A stretch of 64,000 bases of DNA from Amoeboaphelidium protococcarum X5 (Eukaryota > Fungi > Aphelidiomycota). Shown one piece after another: positions 37,855 to 51,381 of this stretch. The stretch covers positions 1,700,164 to 1,764,163 of the forward strand of contig JALDTO010000098.1 in the NCBI GenBank assembly GCA_023515725.1, in the 5' to 3' direction. The notes below the pieces were generated by a model. That model had not been told where the DNA came from, did no database searches, and was given only the letters and a program-made list of their open reading frames with translations. The first letter of the stretch is position 1; each line of letters starts with the position of its first letter. A program made the position numbers and the translations under genes.

Positions 37855-39222
37855 ATGTCCAACTATTAAATATTCAGGCCAAGGAATATCCTCACTGGGA
37901 CCGTGATTATGACTGTGGGTATTGTGCTTAGTGTCTCCATTGCGTGCCTCGTATATATGGCCATGTACTCTCTCCTAGTCCCCTCAACTGTATATTAAGA
38001 ATTTCCACTGCGACTAGAGTATGATTATGATCACATGAACATTCACGCCATCATTCCATCCGTGAAGCTGAATAGATTGAGTAATAGATAGACTTATGAC
38101 TGGCATCTGGTGATGAAATTGTCTCAAGAGAAGCATAATTATGACGGGTTATGGCCTGTCAGTGCTTGTTAGTTGAGTGATAAGTAGTTACAGTCGCAGG
38201 AAAGTGTATATTCATAGTCGGTATATCCGTAGAAGTCTCGCATGTCTTAAATATGTCATTATTCCAACACTGATAATCTTGCTTGGAGAGGCTCGTCAGT
38301 GTTGATGTTAAGGTATTAATCCAGAGCTTTGTAGTGGTTAAACATTGTCCTTAGACTTCCGCTGTATGCATTTGGATATTACCAGGAGTATGAGATGGTT
38401 CAATTGAAATTGGATTCTGACAGATAGTACAAACATTAGAGGAGTTATCATCAGAAGTCTGGCGATTTGTATCTCACCATTGCAGGTAGTCGTGATTATG
38501 ATGGTAAGGTCAAGTTGCCTCGGATAGTTACAGCTCTTATGATATCCACTGCCTAGTTTGTACCGTATTAATTGGCATATTATTTGTATCACTATAGATT
38601 TCTGACAGGCCTTGCGGTGGTCTCTTTGATTGCCTTCTCACTGCTTACTGTGTATTATGCATGTATACTGGTGTATCTGTGGAAGTAGAGTAATATAGAT
38701 ACCGTGGAGTGGAATAAGAGGAATGTGCAGAAGGATTACGCTCCCCTCATGGATAGTATCAAGTATAGGTAGCGTTCTATGAGCAAAAAGAAGCGCAGTC
38801 CGTTGCGTCTTCTCGCATCCGGCCTCAGATTGCGTATTGATAATGGCAAAGGTGATAACTAGAACGATGAAGATTCCACGTCAACTAGTTCTAATAGTAG
38901 CAACAATAATTCAAGTAATGCATTGATCCTTGCTTAGAACTAAACAGAGTCCACTTCCACGTCGTCACAGTCATCGTAATCTAAATCAAGATCGAGATCC
39001 CGCAGAAATCATAGTCTTCCCTCTCCTAGATAGTCTGGAGACGAAGCTCTGTCTGGCCGTAATGGAATGTTTGAAGATGAAGATGAACGTTTGTCGCGTG
39101 AACGATATAACACGTCCACATAGTAAGATTATGGTGATGCACAGTACGATCAATAAGATGTAAATTAGCCGTTGAGTGACAGTGATGATATTTCTAGTGA
39201 CGAGAATGAAATTTTGAAATGA
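37855..39222 (+). CDS. Seipin (lipid droplet biogenesis) with long low-complexity C-tail
   Basis: TM1 ending Y..LVP, lumenal domain (QTYD..L.MKL, LRYQS..L..L..V...PLY.FGY.QE), TM2 near 38590-38680. Confidence 0.75.
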
Positions 39223-39309
39223 AAGTAATTGGTGTAGTGGTAATGATAAATAGTTCATGTTAAATACCTCATACCTCATAGACTAAACTTCTTTTAATTT
39301 TCATATTAC

Positions 39310-40923
39310 TCACATTTTTAGTAGATGCTTTGCCTGATGGTAGTGATCAATAGTCAGCTCTGACTCGCCATGAGATAGACACTACAATCTGGACAACTCC
39401 ATTAACAACTTCAGAGTATCCTGATCGACTGGGGTAGATGTAGACGATTAAATACTATCACGGCGCATTTGAACATAATCGTTTACAATCTAATCCCCAA
39501 TTTCTGGTAATACATTATACTTCGAGTCTTAGTCTCTGCAACAGTGGACATAACGGCGAAACTGTTCAATCAAACTACCAGGCAATTGAGGCAAGTGAGT
39601 TGGTTCTTGATTTGGCGCTTTGATGTACAAGGATGTTGCCAGAATCTGACTTAGGGAAATATTCTTTGCATCAGCAGCATTCATTTATGGTGGTCGGGAT
39701 ACTTTAGATAGCATTAGCACGCTCCATTCCAAATTAACTTATACACCAGATGATACAGCCTTGGAATCGGCATTGCAATACTCCAAAGAACTGTTTTGCA
39801 ATACACCTTCAGACAAAGATTATAGATTTTTCATACCAACTTCTGATAATTTACCGTCATCTAATTAAGTTTCATCCAATATCACATGGCCAGATGAAGG
39901 AAGCATAAGAGGGGATTCACTTATGCGCCCAAAACAGTCTTATTTCATATCATCTGATTATACATATTTAGGCACAAAGGAATCAGAATTCAAGTTGGCT
40001 AATGTAAGAGAAACATAATTCAATACTCCAGTCAGTAGTTGAACTACATTTCTCACCTTGCTGCTGAATGCAGCATCCTGGACGTCATAGATGGTACAAG
40101 ACACCTGACCAAGCACAGAATCAGCGCGTCTATGATACACCTTACTGATCAACCAGAGTAGAGACAGCTCTGCAGCCTTTTCATCGTTAGGGAACAGACT
40201 ATCAGTCAAAAAGCTTAACAGCTGAGATCTAGTCTCCCCAGAGTTGACACGATATAATTAAGGTTTCTGATACTCGCAACCTTTGATCAACCAACCACCA
40301 CCTTAAATTGCTGGAGAAAACATGCGCAATGCCAAAACTTCAAGAGTATTACGCTTTGGTTCATCTTCATCGTAGGAAGAATAGACAGCAATAACTTCAA
40401 CGACATTATTCAATAGCAATTACACTTCAGTATTGTAAACCAACAGCTGAAACTTGACTCCATTATTAACGCCTCCATCATCAAGTTTCAACCCACCCAG
40501 ATCGAGATCAACGTCGCAGCTCTCAGCCAAATCGCGTCGTCTCGTCGCGTCAAAGCCGGGACACAGCACAGCCTCAAACGCGTTGCACTCGGAAAGTCGT
40601 TGAGTTTCAGAGAGGCAATTATCGCTGCAGAAAGAGGCGGCGCCTGACTGCAGGGCGGAGAAGCGGTAGTCTGAGCACTGGACCTCTCCATCAGCATTCA
40701 AGTAATTAGAGGGATAGTACAGAGGTGTAAGACCATTGTTGGTAACCATCAATACACCAGTGACTAGCTGATTCTTCCCCACCAATTTTCCATCGTTCAA
40801 TGAAGGAATTTTGTTGACTAATTCATCTGCAACACTAGTCAACTCGCGCAGATCTCTATTTAGACGACTTAATTACTAAAGAGGATCCTAAATCCACTCA
40901 GAAGCAGTTTCGCTTTAAGTCAT
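39310..40923 (-). CDS. MCMBP: MCM complex-binding protein
   Basis: D..AAE..LL.LISKV..R.D..LG, LTL.NLN...FVPK, L.LP....VILDETQLDDGKL..VG.KNL. Confidence 0.85.
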
Positions 40924-41201
40924 TTTCAACTATTTACTTTGAAGCTTTATATGCGATGCTGCAGGGTAAGAGGTACGAACGATTGAAACAGTTATTGACA
41001 GAGACCGAAAAACTAAATGAGGCGCGTCAAACGAGAGTAGCTCGAGTTTCGTAATGTCGCACTTGATATTATCGTGGCTCTATACAAAGCATAAGTAATC
41101 ACAAAATGGTAACTTATTCTTCCATCACATCACACTAAAGAAACTACTTTGATATTTCAAAGTCTAAAGTATGTATAAAAAATATATCAAATAATAATCA
41201 T

Positions 41202-41480
41202 TCAAACACCTAGATACTTCTATCCAGCATTTTTCCTACGCCATAATAGCCTTCGTCCATTACGCGTCATAAGTCTTCGCAAGAATCCATGAGTACGCTT
41301 TCTCTTCACAATCGATGGCTAATACTCACTACCGTACTGTCCTCTGATAAATCTCTTTTACATCATTCCACTTAAACCAGATATTCCAGATATTGGTGAC
41401 AATCTAATGGTAGTATTAAGAGGCACTCGACTGATGGTCATAAACGATGATGACAAACCACCAAAGATTTATCGCAGCAT
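41202..41480 (-). CDS. MRPL34: Mitochondrial ribosomal protein bL34m
   Basis: Presequence-like N-terminus, then YGSEYQPS.VKRKRTHGFLRRL.TRNGRRLL.RR...G.KYL (Q=TAG at 41319-41321). Absent from the ORF track. Confidence 0.93.
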
Positions 41481-41797
41481 ATTTTCAGATTTTACAAGCT
41501 TTAATTAATTTAAACAGTGCTCTAGTGGTATAGTAATTAAGCTAGACACGAAAATATTATGAGCTTAATGATAATACAACACCTTGACAATGGTGTATAA
41601 TTGAGCGCGTCCAAAAGCTGAGAGGTTTTCGGTTGCCGGTCAGCTGATCGATCAGAGAATGACGACGGACGGATTCAGCGAGAAAAGAGAAGAGAATTCT
41701 CAGACGATGCGCGGCTGAAACAAAAGAGAAAGATCACACGATTGTTTCCTTTTCGTTTCCTCCATCACGCAGTTCTTTTAATATTTTTATAATAGTA

Positions 41798-43252
41798 ATG
41801 GCATTGTTAAAGCATGTTTTATCGCAACGCAACAACAATAATGATGGTAATACTTAGTAGCAGACATAGCCTGATGGTACTCTGATGAATTAGCATTAGT
41901 AGGTGAATGAAGAAGAGATGCTGAGGCAGAATCTGGAGGCAGCGTCATTGAATATGGTTGACTCATCGATGGAGTTGATAGATTTGATAACAACGCAGCA
42001 GATACACTCTCTACGTAGTCGCAAATACAAGAAGAAATTGAGTCCTATGCTTCGGCCTGATTATGTCGATTTTGATGAAATCATGATGGATCGATTGAGC
42101 TTGGATCAGCAGGACGATGACGCTTTCAGTTGGCCACTCTCTCCATCTGGTGGAATTCAATCATCATCCAATAAGAAGAAAATACTTAAATGTCACAATT
42201 CCTCAGGCTAAGAATTTAGCGGTGGTAGAGTCGTGGTGAATGAATGTTTTATATCCATCAAGCCTTATAAGAACTATGTGCAGAAGCAGCTATTTGGACA
42301 ATCTAATCTCACCACGCCGTCAAAGAATGTTAGATTTGACGGTTATGATAAAGATTCCGCGTCTATTTAATCATCTTCAATTAATTAGATATAATCTGGC
42401 AATAGAGATCGTGCTGCCAACAGTAATAATCATAATAATTTGCTAATTAATACTAGTCCTTAAAAGACTTTTACAAGAATTCCGAAAAAGATCAAGAATA
42501 AGATTGACTGTAAATTGTGTGCGGATAGTCTTATAATTCAAGATTTGGATAAATTTGATTTTGCAGTCCAATAAGCTCAGAATGGCGAGGTTGTGAATGT
42601 TAAAGAATGCAGTTGCTGGAAAATGGTTGTTAATGAAGATTCTGACGATGATATGAACTCTGTAGGTGGAAATAATAATAATAGTAATAAACACAAAAAG
42701 AGCAAGTAATCTGCGTTAAAGAAATTTAATTATTTAGTCACAGCATCGAGTCATGTCAAGGATGATGATGTTATTTGGTATGAATTATTTAGCTGGCTGC
42801 GACACTATGATTTCTCAATTGATAAAGGTCATCTGGATGGAGATTTTCGTAAGATTTGGATCAAGGTGCCATTCGCGTAGAGTAATCACAGTCTAGATGG
42901 AGCCGGTAATGTTGGTAGAAATAGTGGTCATCACTCTCCTGGTAAACAATAAACTCATGGCAATGATCAGCGTGGTAGAACTGAACGTAAGAGGCTATTG
43001 TCTTGCAGTAAAGATGGATCTTCATCATCAGCATAAAACGGTGGTAGCGGCGGAGGATCTAAAGATGGTAAGAATCGAAAAAAGAGTCGCTCATCTTCTC
43101 GCGGCAAGAGCAAAGAGAACCAGAAAAGGCGCAATAGCTCTGACGGACGTTCTCATAGAGGCAGTCAACATTCTAGTGCAGATGATCTGTCCAGCATGTC
43201 ATTTCTTGACTTTCTCAGAATTCACAGTCTGATAGATTATGGTTCTGAATGA
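41798..43252 (+). CDS. Hypothetical protein, N/Q/S-rich with basic C-terminus
   Basis: 484-codon TGA-free frame with an ATG downstream of a CGCG-containing intergenic stretch; no family recognised. Confidence 0.6.
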
Positions 43253-43537
43253 TGGATGAACACGTGCCTAATTTATTTAAATAGATATGCTTTATTTGTT
43301 CCTTGTTGTAATAACCTTTTTAATGATGGGCTATCTACTTTTATGCTACTATATGGCGACTATAATCGATTAATCATGGTTTAATCTAGAACGGTCAATT
43401 CAACGGTGCGATTACGCGGTCGCGCCTAAAACACGCTCGTCGCCTTGTCTTCCCCCCTTTAAATCGGCAACATTAAAGCAGTAGCGATTGTACGTATCCT
43501 TGTATTCGATAACAAACATCATCATTATACTATTGGA

Positions 43538-45145
43538 ATGACTTAGATGATGAGCGAGCAGGTGGAAAAGTATGTAAATTGTCCGATACAAGGTCTTATT
43601 CCTCTGACTAGACTATAATTGCGTTACATTGACACTCAGTAATTCTAACGACTGCGTGAATTAAAGCAACTCGGCACTGCTTCATACGTGTATCCAGGGG
43701 CGACTCATACCAGATTTGAGCATAGTATTGGAACATCCACAGTGGCACGCGCTATGCTTAAACACCTGCCAACCGCTTCCCAACAGTTGGACATTTCTGA
43801 GTTTCAATATGAATCTGTCATACTCGCTGGCCTTCTGCACGACATTGGACATGGACCGTATAGTCACATCTTTGATGGCGCCTTCATACCGCAGTCGAAG
43901 CAGCGAAATACTGGGTGGACTCATGAGAAGGGAAGTCTAATGATGATCGATTACCTGGTCGATGATAATGGTATAGACATTGACACTGATTAGCTCAAGT
44001 TTGTTAAATCCCTCGTTATGGGAGAGCCTATGTACTCTAATCAAGAGTATGGCTATCTGTACGATATTGTCAGTAATAAGCGTAATGGTGTCGATGTGGA
44101 CAAGTTTGATTACCTGAGACGTGATTGCTACTATGTTGGCGAGTCTTCAACTTATGATTCCTCTCGGTTGATTATCAACTCCAAGGTATTAGACAATCAG
44201 ATTGTGTGGAATAAGAAGGATGATTGGAATTTACACAGACTCTTTTAGTCGCGTCTGAATCTGCACAGAAGTGTTTATACCCACAAGACTTGTAAAAGTG
44301 TAGAGCTTATGCTGATTGATGCTCTGTAGATTGCAGATGAAGAACTTGGTATTAGTGAATCTATCCTTCATCCACAGGAGTATATGAACATGACGGATGG
44401 AGTAGTGCGGGATATTGAGAGGAGTAAATCGGAGATTTTGTTACCGGCTAGGTAAATCTTACGGCGATTGAGAAAGAGACATTTGTACAAGTATGTAGAT
44501 GAACTTCGCCTTAATCCGGCTAGTGCAGAGTTGGTATTCCAAGGCCGTAAGATGGAGGATGTTATATCGGCAAAGAAGATTGCTGAATGTCAGGATGTGA
44601 ATTAGGCATTCAGACTGGAGGCTAGTGATGTCGTCGTATCTTTTGTGCATTTGAACTTTGGTATGAAGGATAAGAATCCGCTGGAGAATATCAGTTTTTT
44701 TAACAAGTTTAATCCGGACGTTTCTTTCAAGATTGACTAAGAGGATTTATCCTACCTGACTCCTGTTTGCTTCTAGGAACTCACAATATATGTGTTTAGT
44801 CGCGATGCTACCAAAGTACCAGCAGTGCAGATTGCTTTCAGAAGGTTCATGGCATCGCTGCAAAGGGATATTCAGATTGAACGTAATGTAAGCGCTACTC
44901 TTGGATCATTAAACAGCGATAATATGGATGCTGCAGCTGCTGGTAGTAACACATTCCATGTCCGCACTTCTCCTTATTCGCCGTCTAAAGTGGACAAGTT
45001 AATGACCAAAGTCCCTGATCAGGAAACGTGGGATGCAATGGCAAAGGTGAATGGATGGAGTCCTCGCAAGTCCTAAATGGGTAGAGGTATATTATCAATG
45101 TCTGATGATGGTAATAGTTTTACTGATAGATTGCCTCCTCAGTGA
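43538..45145 (+). CDS. SAMHD1: SAMHD1-like HD-domain dNTP triphosphohydrolase (no SAM domain)
   Basis: IDTQQFQRLR.LKQLG, YPGATHTRFEHSIG, LLHDIGHGPYSH.FD, WTHE.GS, NGVDVDKFDYL.RD, R.NLHR.VYTHK. Confidence 0.92.
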
Positions 45146-45312
45146 GGACTATTTCAAACTGATTGTACAAGTCTCTCCGTAGTTTTACTTCAAAGTTTAA
45201 GTTTAAAGCAATAATCGCATCCTTGAATTTGTAAAGTGATAATCAAAGCATGAAATAAAGTGTCAAAATTTGCACCGTATTTTCAATACTGTATTTAAAA
45301 ACAATGTTAACG

Positions 45313-46945
45313 TCAACGTGGTCCTTCGCCGATAAAATGCTTCAGGATGCGAAATACCAACGGACTTAGTGTCTCCTTCTCAGTAGCATAAAACGCCATC
45401 AGAATACCAAAGGCCACGCTGCTCATCACAGTCTGGAATCCTTAGACTTTGAACATTAATCGCCGCTTATACAGCACTCTATACAATGACTCTACTGCTT
45501 TGGGAGCGACATACATCGCCAGCTCAGATCTGCGACTCTTACTCTCCAACAGAATTGTCATACCACTCAACACACCAAATAGATAATAAAAGTAACGATG
45601 ATCTTTCTTGGGATACAGATAACTAAGAATGTTCCACGGTTAAAACATCTTGTCATGTACACAAACACTACCCTGATACAACGAGACCAGGCATGCAAAA
45701 AATGCACTAGATCTTACCGCAGATGAGACTCCCTTGCTTATAATGTCAACTGGTCTACACATTTCAGCTATTATACACAGCAATTATTCAAGTAATAATT
45801 TTAAAAGTATATTCTTACGCTTTAACAAGTGATTTATGCTTCAATAAAAATATGGGAACCAGATTGAGAGGTATATACACAGCTACAATCTGTTTGAATA
45901 CATTCACCCACAACGACAGATTGTATGGTAGACAAAATTGATTTCTCGTATGAATAACCGCGCAAGGGAGATGATTAATATCAGCTTTCAATTAGTTTTG
46001 TACAAACTCCACAGCTGCTTTATTGCTACCATACTTTGACAGGACAAAATCACGCAACTTTTGCACGTCAATACTACCACCTTTCAAATTCTACTCAGCC
46101 TACCTCAGAATAAAGTGAGGGATCTAGGCGCTTTGCACCATAAAACCATAGAAATCTTTTGGCAACGTCTGAGGATGCATAACATAGGCATATAGCACTT
46201 GAGCGGTACCCAGCGTGAATAGCACCACGTCACCATATGGAAGATTAATGAGACCTCTAGACTTTCCAGCATTGTAAAGACATTACATTGATCTCACAAC
46301 GGCCTGTTGCCCAAACATCTTCATTTTTGATTTGGACTCGATCAGTATGGTGAATCCACTCAAAAATCCAGCAATGAATCCATTTAATCTGTTTATCCGC
46401 CTTTGCACTGTTACATGATCCTCAGACTATTATTATAAAAGCAATAGTCGAGACATTAATCGAGAGTCGGAATAGTCTATAATTTACAGAATGGGAAATG
46501 CAGTCTTCCAAACAAGTGTGAATCCGCCCATGAACGCACCGAACCTAAATGACTCCTACTTCCATACAATGGACCATAAGAGGTTCAAGATGAAGGTCTT
46601 AGTTGAGGACTAGCCTCCACGACGACTGAATAGACGCGACAGTAGAGCGATAGCAACATTAATTGCAACTCTAGCGCCTTATGCGTGGGCGAACGAACGT
46701 AAAGCAGATTAGACAGCTCTCTTTATAATGGGCGACAGCAACAACTTGAGCTTAACTTTCAACGGTAGACTTTAACCAGCACCATCACTATCCTGAGGCA
46801 ATTCAGATTCAAAGCTACCCTCCTTATTACCGCTCTAAAGAGGCGAAGGAGACATAAGGACATCATCCCAGAACTTTTACGAATTATGAGCATATGTGCC
46901 AACTTGTAATTATGACACTTGATTCCTCATATTATTAGATGACAT
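45313..46945 (-). CDS. TMEM135-like (Tim17-superfamily) membrane protein; intron 45755-45818
   Basis: RFGAFMGGF, NGFIAG.LV, AQVLYAYVMHP.TLP, PCAVIH, RSSAF, E.KSRRSELAMYV.PKA. Start could be 46945, 46930 or 46855. Confidence 0.8.
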
Positions 46946-47862
46946 CACTTCAAAAACGCTATGGAGAAATAAGATTCTACACCTAGAATCAAGATATAAT
47001 TAAGATTGCAATGTCTAATAGTACCTCAGCAATAAGAACGCACTGCAAATCCACTCAAACAGTTACTCAGACAGTAATAAGCCTCAGCGAAAGATAGATC
47101 TTGAATTTCAATTCTCTCAGTGTGAAAAGCGTCAAGCGAAACATGAGGCGCGTGTTGTTCCAGGTCTCAATTTTTATTGTAATTATGAAACTGCCTTTAG
47201 AGGCGCGAGGAGTTTTTATACTGTACAGTGGCAGGACTGTAAAAATTAGCAGTAAGCACCGATTACTAATTCTGGCTCATTCAGTGTATATGAAGACGGC
47301 CATTTTATCGAGTCGTTTCGTCTCTGGCGTGATAAACGTGGTTAGAAGGCTTTTGTAGCTGTAGGGCAGTTAAATGATCGTGAAGATATTGTGTCCTTCT
47401 TCTATACAGTACTTGTTCAACTGAATTGATCGAATCCAAACGATTTTAATGGTTTGATTTAACCTGTTACAATTCATCCACAGCGGTAGTAGTGGTACAG
47501 CTGATGTTTTACTACAGTATACTGAGTGAAAATGATATCCAAGATTGTAATTATATTGTGATTTGTAGAAGAATGCATCACAGGCCTTTTCATATCATGA
47601 GTGCACTCTAATTTTCTCGATATGGATGCCAACTAATGAGAATAGGCATCCGAATGTGGTGTAGTTACAGATCACCGTGTTTTTGTACTATAATTGTAAT
47701 TGTCAATAAACCGTATTGCTTTTTGAAATGATGCAGTAATATTATATCAGATGAGAGTCCAGTCATTATGAGTGGTTGTTGATTGGACAGATCAGTTTCG
47801 ATGCCAATCACGAGGTTTGTTCTTCCTGATCTGATATCTTACAATTAGTTACACATCACGGA

Positions 47863-49425
47863 ATGGATAATTACGAAATCACTGACCTTTTGAATTATTT
47901 GCAGTCATTATAGCCTGTGCCATAGAGCTTGATTACTGACCTGTAATAGAATCAAGATGATGCATACTGGCGTTTATTTCGTTTGTCTAGAAAGCAATGG
48001 TAGTAGAAGGATTCTGTCCATGGAAATGACATTTTTTATCATTTTGTGTATTCGCACGCCAAGCCCCTTGAATATATTAATGAAGTTATCGGTCTTTGTT
48101 TTCAAGAGTGTCGCTGGAATTAGATGAGAAGTGGTACTGCCACCTCCAGAAGTGTCAGCACAAAGTATCCTCAAATTACGAAAATTGATCTTCGCGCGTG
48201 GAAAAATTTTGATGAGATTGTTTCAAGCTTTGTTGCGTAACTGCCTGATCAGCAGCTGCTTGAATTTATGTCCTTACCTAGATAGAGGAATGTCTCCAAT
48301 GAGTCTGATGTATAGGCTATGCTTAATAACACAATTCTTTAAATGGTATCGTTAACCTGTTAGTCGTTATCTGCTAATGAAGATTATTCATATTTTAGAG
48401 GTAATTGCAACTTTGTGTCAATTCACGGCGCTTATGTCTTGGGTGATCCAGATCAGGTTTGGGTGTCTGATATAGATAAGGGGCTTCCTAAATTGACAAT
48501 AGAACTGAAGACTCCCTGGGCAGTTAGAAGTATGGTTGACCTGGTAACAATCTACGAATAAGAGTATGTGGATTATTACAGAAAGGTGTCAGAAAGAAAA
48601 GAGCCGAGTAAGTAGATTGAAAAGGGCAAAACGATTCGTGCAGTCGAGTAAATCTACGCGTACATGACGCTCAATCGTCATCGTTACGGCGTTTTGACCA
48701 CGCTAAATGAAACAGTCTTTCTACGTAAGGTAGAAGATTCAGAGTAGGAGGGGTGCTCAGTGCTGGAGGTTTCACCTGCGGTGAGATGCTCTCAGCGCAA
48801 TCCCTACACTTTGGTGGCCGCATGGCTTTGGGTATTGGCCTAAATTGAAGGCCACCCTAGCCAATTGATGTATGCGTCGCCCCATAGCAGTAATGTTGTC
48901 AGCCCGGTTATTTCTCGCAGAGCTCGTCCTATTTCATACACGTCTGTTGAGCTGGATAAATTTTGTCATTGGAAGGATATTATTGCACGCGGTAAAACCG
49001 GCGCGGTGGCCTTAGGCGATTATGCTAATTAACAAAAAGTTACCTTTAAGACGGTTGACTTGACAAAGAATCCTGAGGCGAAGGATCTATTTGATCATGA
49101 GGTTCGGATGTACTAAGAGTTGGAATCGCTTCAAGGTTCAGTAATTCCCAAGTTTTATGCGTACGGTACTTTGTGTGGATTTTTACAAATGATTGTAATT
49201 GAGAATGTTGGATAATCTATGACTATTGAGTAGTGCAAAGAACGCTAAGGTGACATTGATGCCGCTCTTAAGTAAATCCACGATCTGGGCTATTAACATG
49301 GAGATGTGCGACCTGCTAATTTGACAATTGACAATTAGGGACGCGTTCGTATTATTGATCTTGAGCGTACTAAGAAGGTTGATGGTGACATTTGTGAGGT
49401 ATACGACTCTGATCTCGTTGATTGA
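47863..49425 (+). CDS. PD-(D/E)xK nuclease-like domain fused to a C-terminal protein-kinase-like domain (Crinkler/CR-type)
   Basis: GDPD...IELKTPW...QIYAYM..N..RYGVLTT, then IARGKTGAV, VTFK, HEVRMY..L..LQG.VIPK.Y, HGDVRPAN, IIDLE. Absent from the ORF track. Confidence 0.8.
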
Positions 49426-49695
49426 ATATATTTCTCATATAATTGTTTCTCTTATTTTGATAGAGTAATTTAGTCGTCAGCAAGTATCGAATGAACACTT
49501 TAGTGGTGGTTCACCAAATGGTTGGTTCAAGTCTTAGACCTGGATCAGTCTATTGACCACAAGTCGTGAAGAGATAAAGAACAGAAAGAAATAGATATTC
49601 ATAAGAATCAGTAGTGTACACTAATTGTTATAACTTCAATCAATTTGAGTACTTCGAATTGGCCAAGTATTCGGCCGATCAGTCTAAACTATAAA

Positions 49696-51381
49696 TCAGT
49701 CAAAGAACTGCTTCCAAGAGTTTGACTAACGAATCAGATCGCGAGACACGTACAACTTTGGACGTCCATTGCGTAGTTCCACCTGTGCAACATGTTTTCC
49801 ATTCTACTGATGATCTTTAAAGCGCAAAACATCATTTCCGGATTGATCTAGCACATTTACGTAGTCATGCTTCATTGGAATTAAAATATCGCGATTCAAT
49901 TAAAAGCCATTGCCGCCGTTAGTAACACAGAGTATAACACCATTTCTCTGCAAGACGTGGAAATCATCGTTAGTCCACAGAGGCTAATGAGTAGACTAGA
50001 AGAAGCTCTTGCCAGCAATCTTTCTAGCCAGGTTGATTCTCTTAAAGAACTATCCTAGCTGAGGTTGCTTGCGATGATAGATATCAGGCCACATGGACTC
50101 CCTGTTCTTTGGATCATCACCGCCATTAAACAAGTACTCGGTTCCTTGGTACACAATCGGAATACCGGCACAGATCATCATATACGCAAGAGCATTCTAG
50201 ATAGAAGCTTCATCATTAGTGGTATGCATGAATCTAGCGAAATCATGATTGTCGATAAAACTGCCTAGTACACTCACATCTTTGAAGCTACTGCTCAACT
50301 GATGCCAGCGAGTTTCCAAAGCCCACATAGATTAACGCTTCTAGAACACGTCCAGCAAGGTGAAATACAATGGGAAGTTGAGAAGAGAGTGCATATATTG
50401 CTGATACGGGCCAACGTACGCAGGATCTCCATGTAACACTTCACCGAAAGAGAAGACACCAGAGCTGCGCACAAAGTCTGGCCAAAACTCCTTTCTGACG
50501 TGCTTAACAGTATCAATACGGATTCCGTCAAAGTCATACTCCTTCACGATCCACTTGATCCATCTGCTTAGTTCCTGTGCAACCTGTGGATTCTCAGTAT
50601 TCAAATCCGGCAAACTAGATTCGGAAGATCCAATTCTGCAATTCTCCACTTCTGCCTGATTGTCATAATTCTAAATCAGACAAAAGTTGTGGTACTGAGA
50701 AGAGCTATTGAACGGATTGATCTCATTGAAACCAACACGGCCACCAACATGATTAGCCACAACATCCAACATGACCCAGATATCGCGTTTATGACACTCC
50801 TGCACCAATCTCTTCAAGTCTTTGGCCGTACCAAAATGGCGGTTCAAAGAGTAGAAATCTTGAGCGTAATAACCATGATATCCTCCAGCAGTATCTACAC
50901 GTATACACAAGTCAATATATTGTGTCAATACGAAATAATACTTACTCTTCACAATAGGAGAGATCCAGATGGCATTAAAGCCCATTGCCTCAATGTGATC
51001 TAGATTCTTCCTCAAACCATCAAAAGTACCACCACAGTACTCCATCAGATTATGACATCTGGAGTCAGACTGATGAGTTGGAGCAAATCTACAAATTTCG
51101 ATATATTGTCGTTACAGGCTAATAGGAGATGAAAAAACCAATCAATAATACAGTGCTCACCTGTCAGTCAGAACTTGATAAATTGAGCGAGAACGCCAAT
51201 CTTTACCTCCAGTAGGAAAATCAAAGTTGGTACTACCATCAGGCTAGAAGAACCTGGAAATACCATCGGTAGACACCACATCCAACGCATGATGATCAGA
51301 GAACGCATGTTAAACCTGTTCAGCCAGAGACAACTGACAGAGTAGTAGTAGCACCAAAACTTTACCAAAATACTAAACCAT
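49696..51381 (-). CDS. Secreted GH13 (Taka-type) alpha-amylase; introns 50895-50945 and 51089-51160
   Basis: Signal peptide; WRSRSIYQVLTDRFA, YCGGTF.G, GFNAIWISP, YHGY, DVVANH, DGIRIDTVKH, GEV, FIDNHD..RF. Confidence 0.94.
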
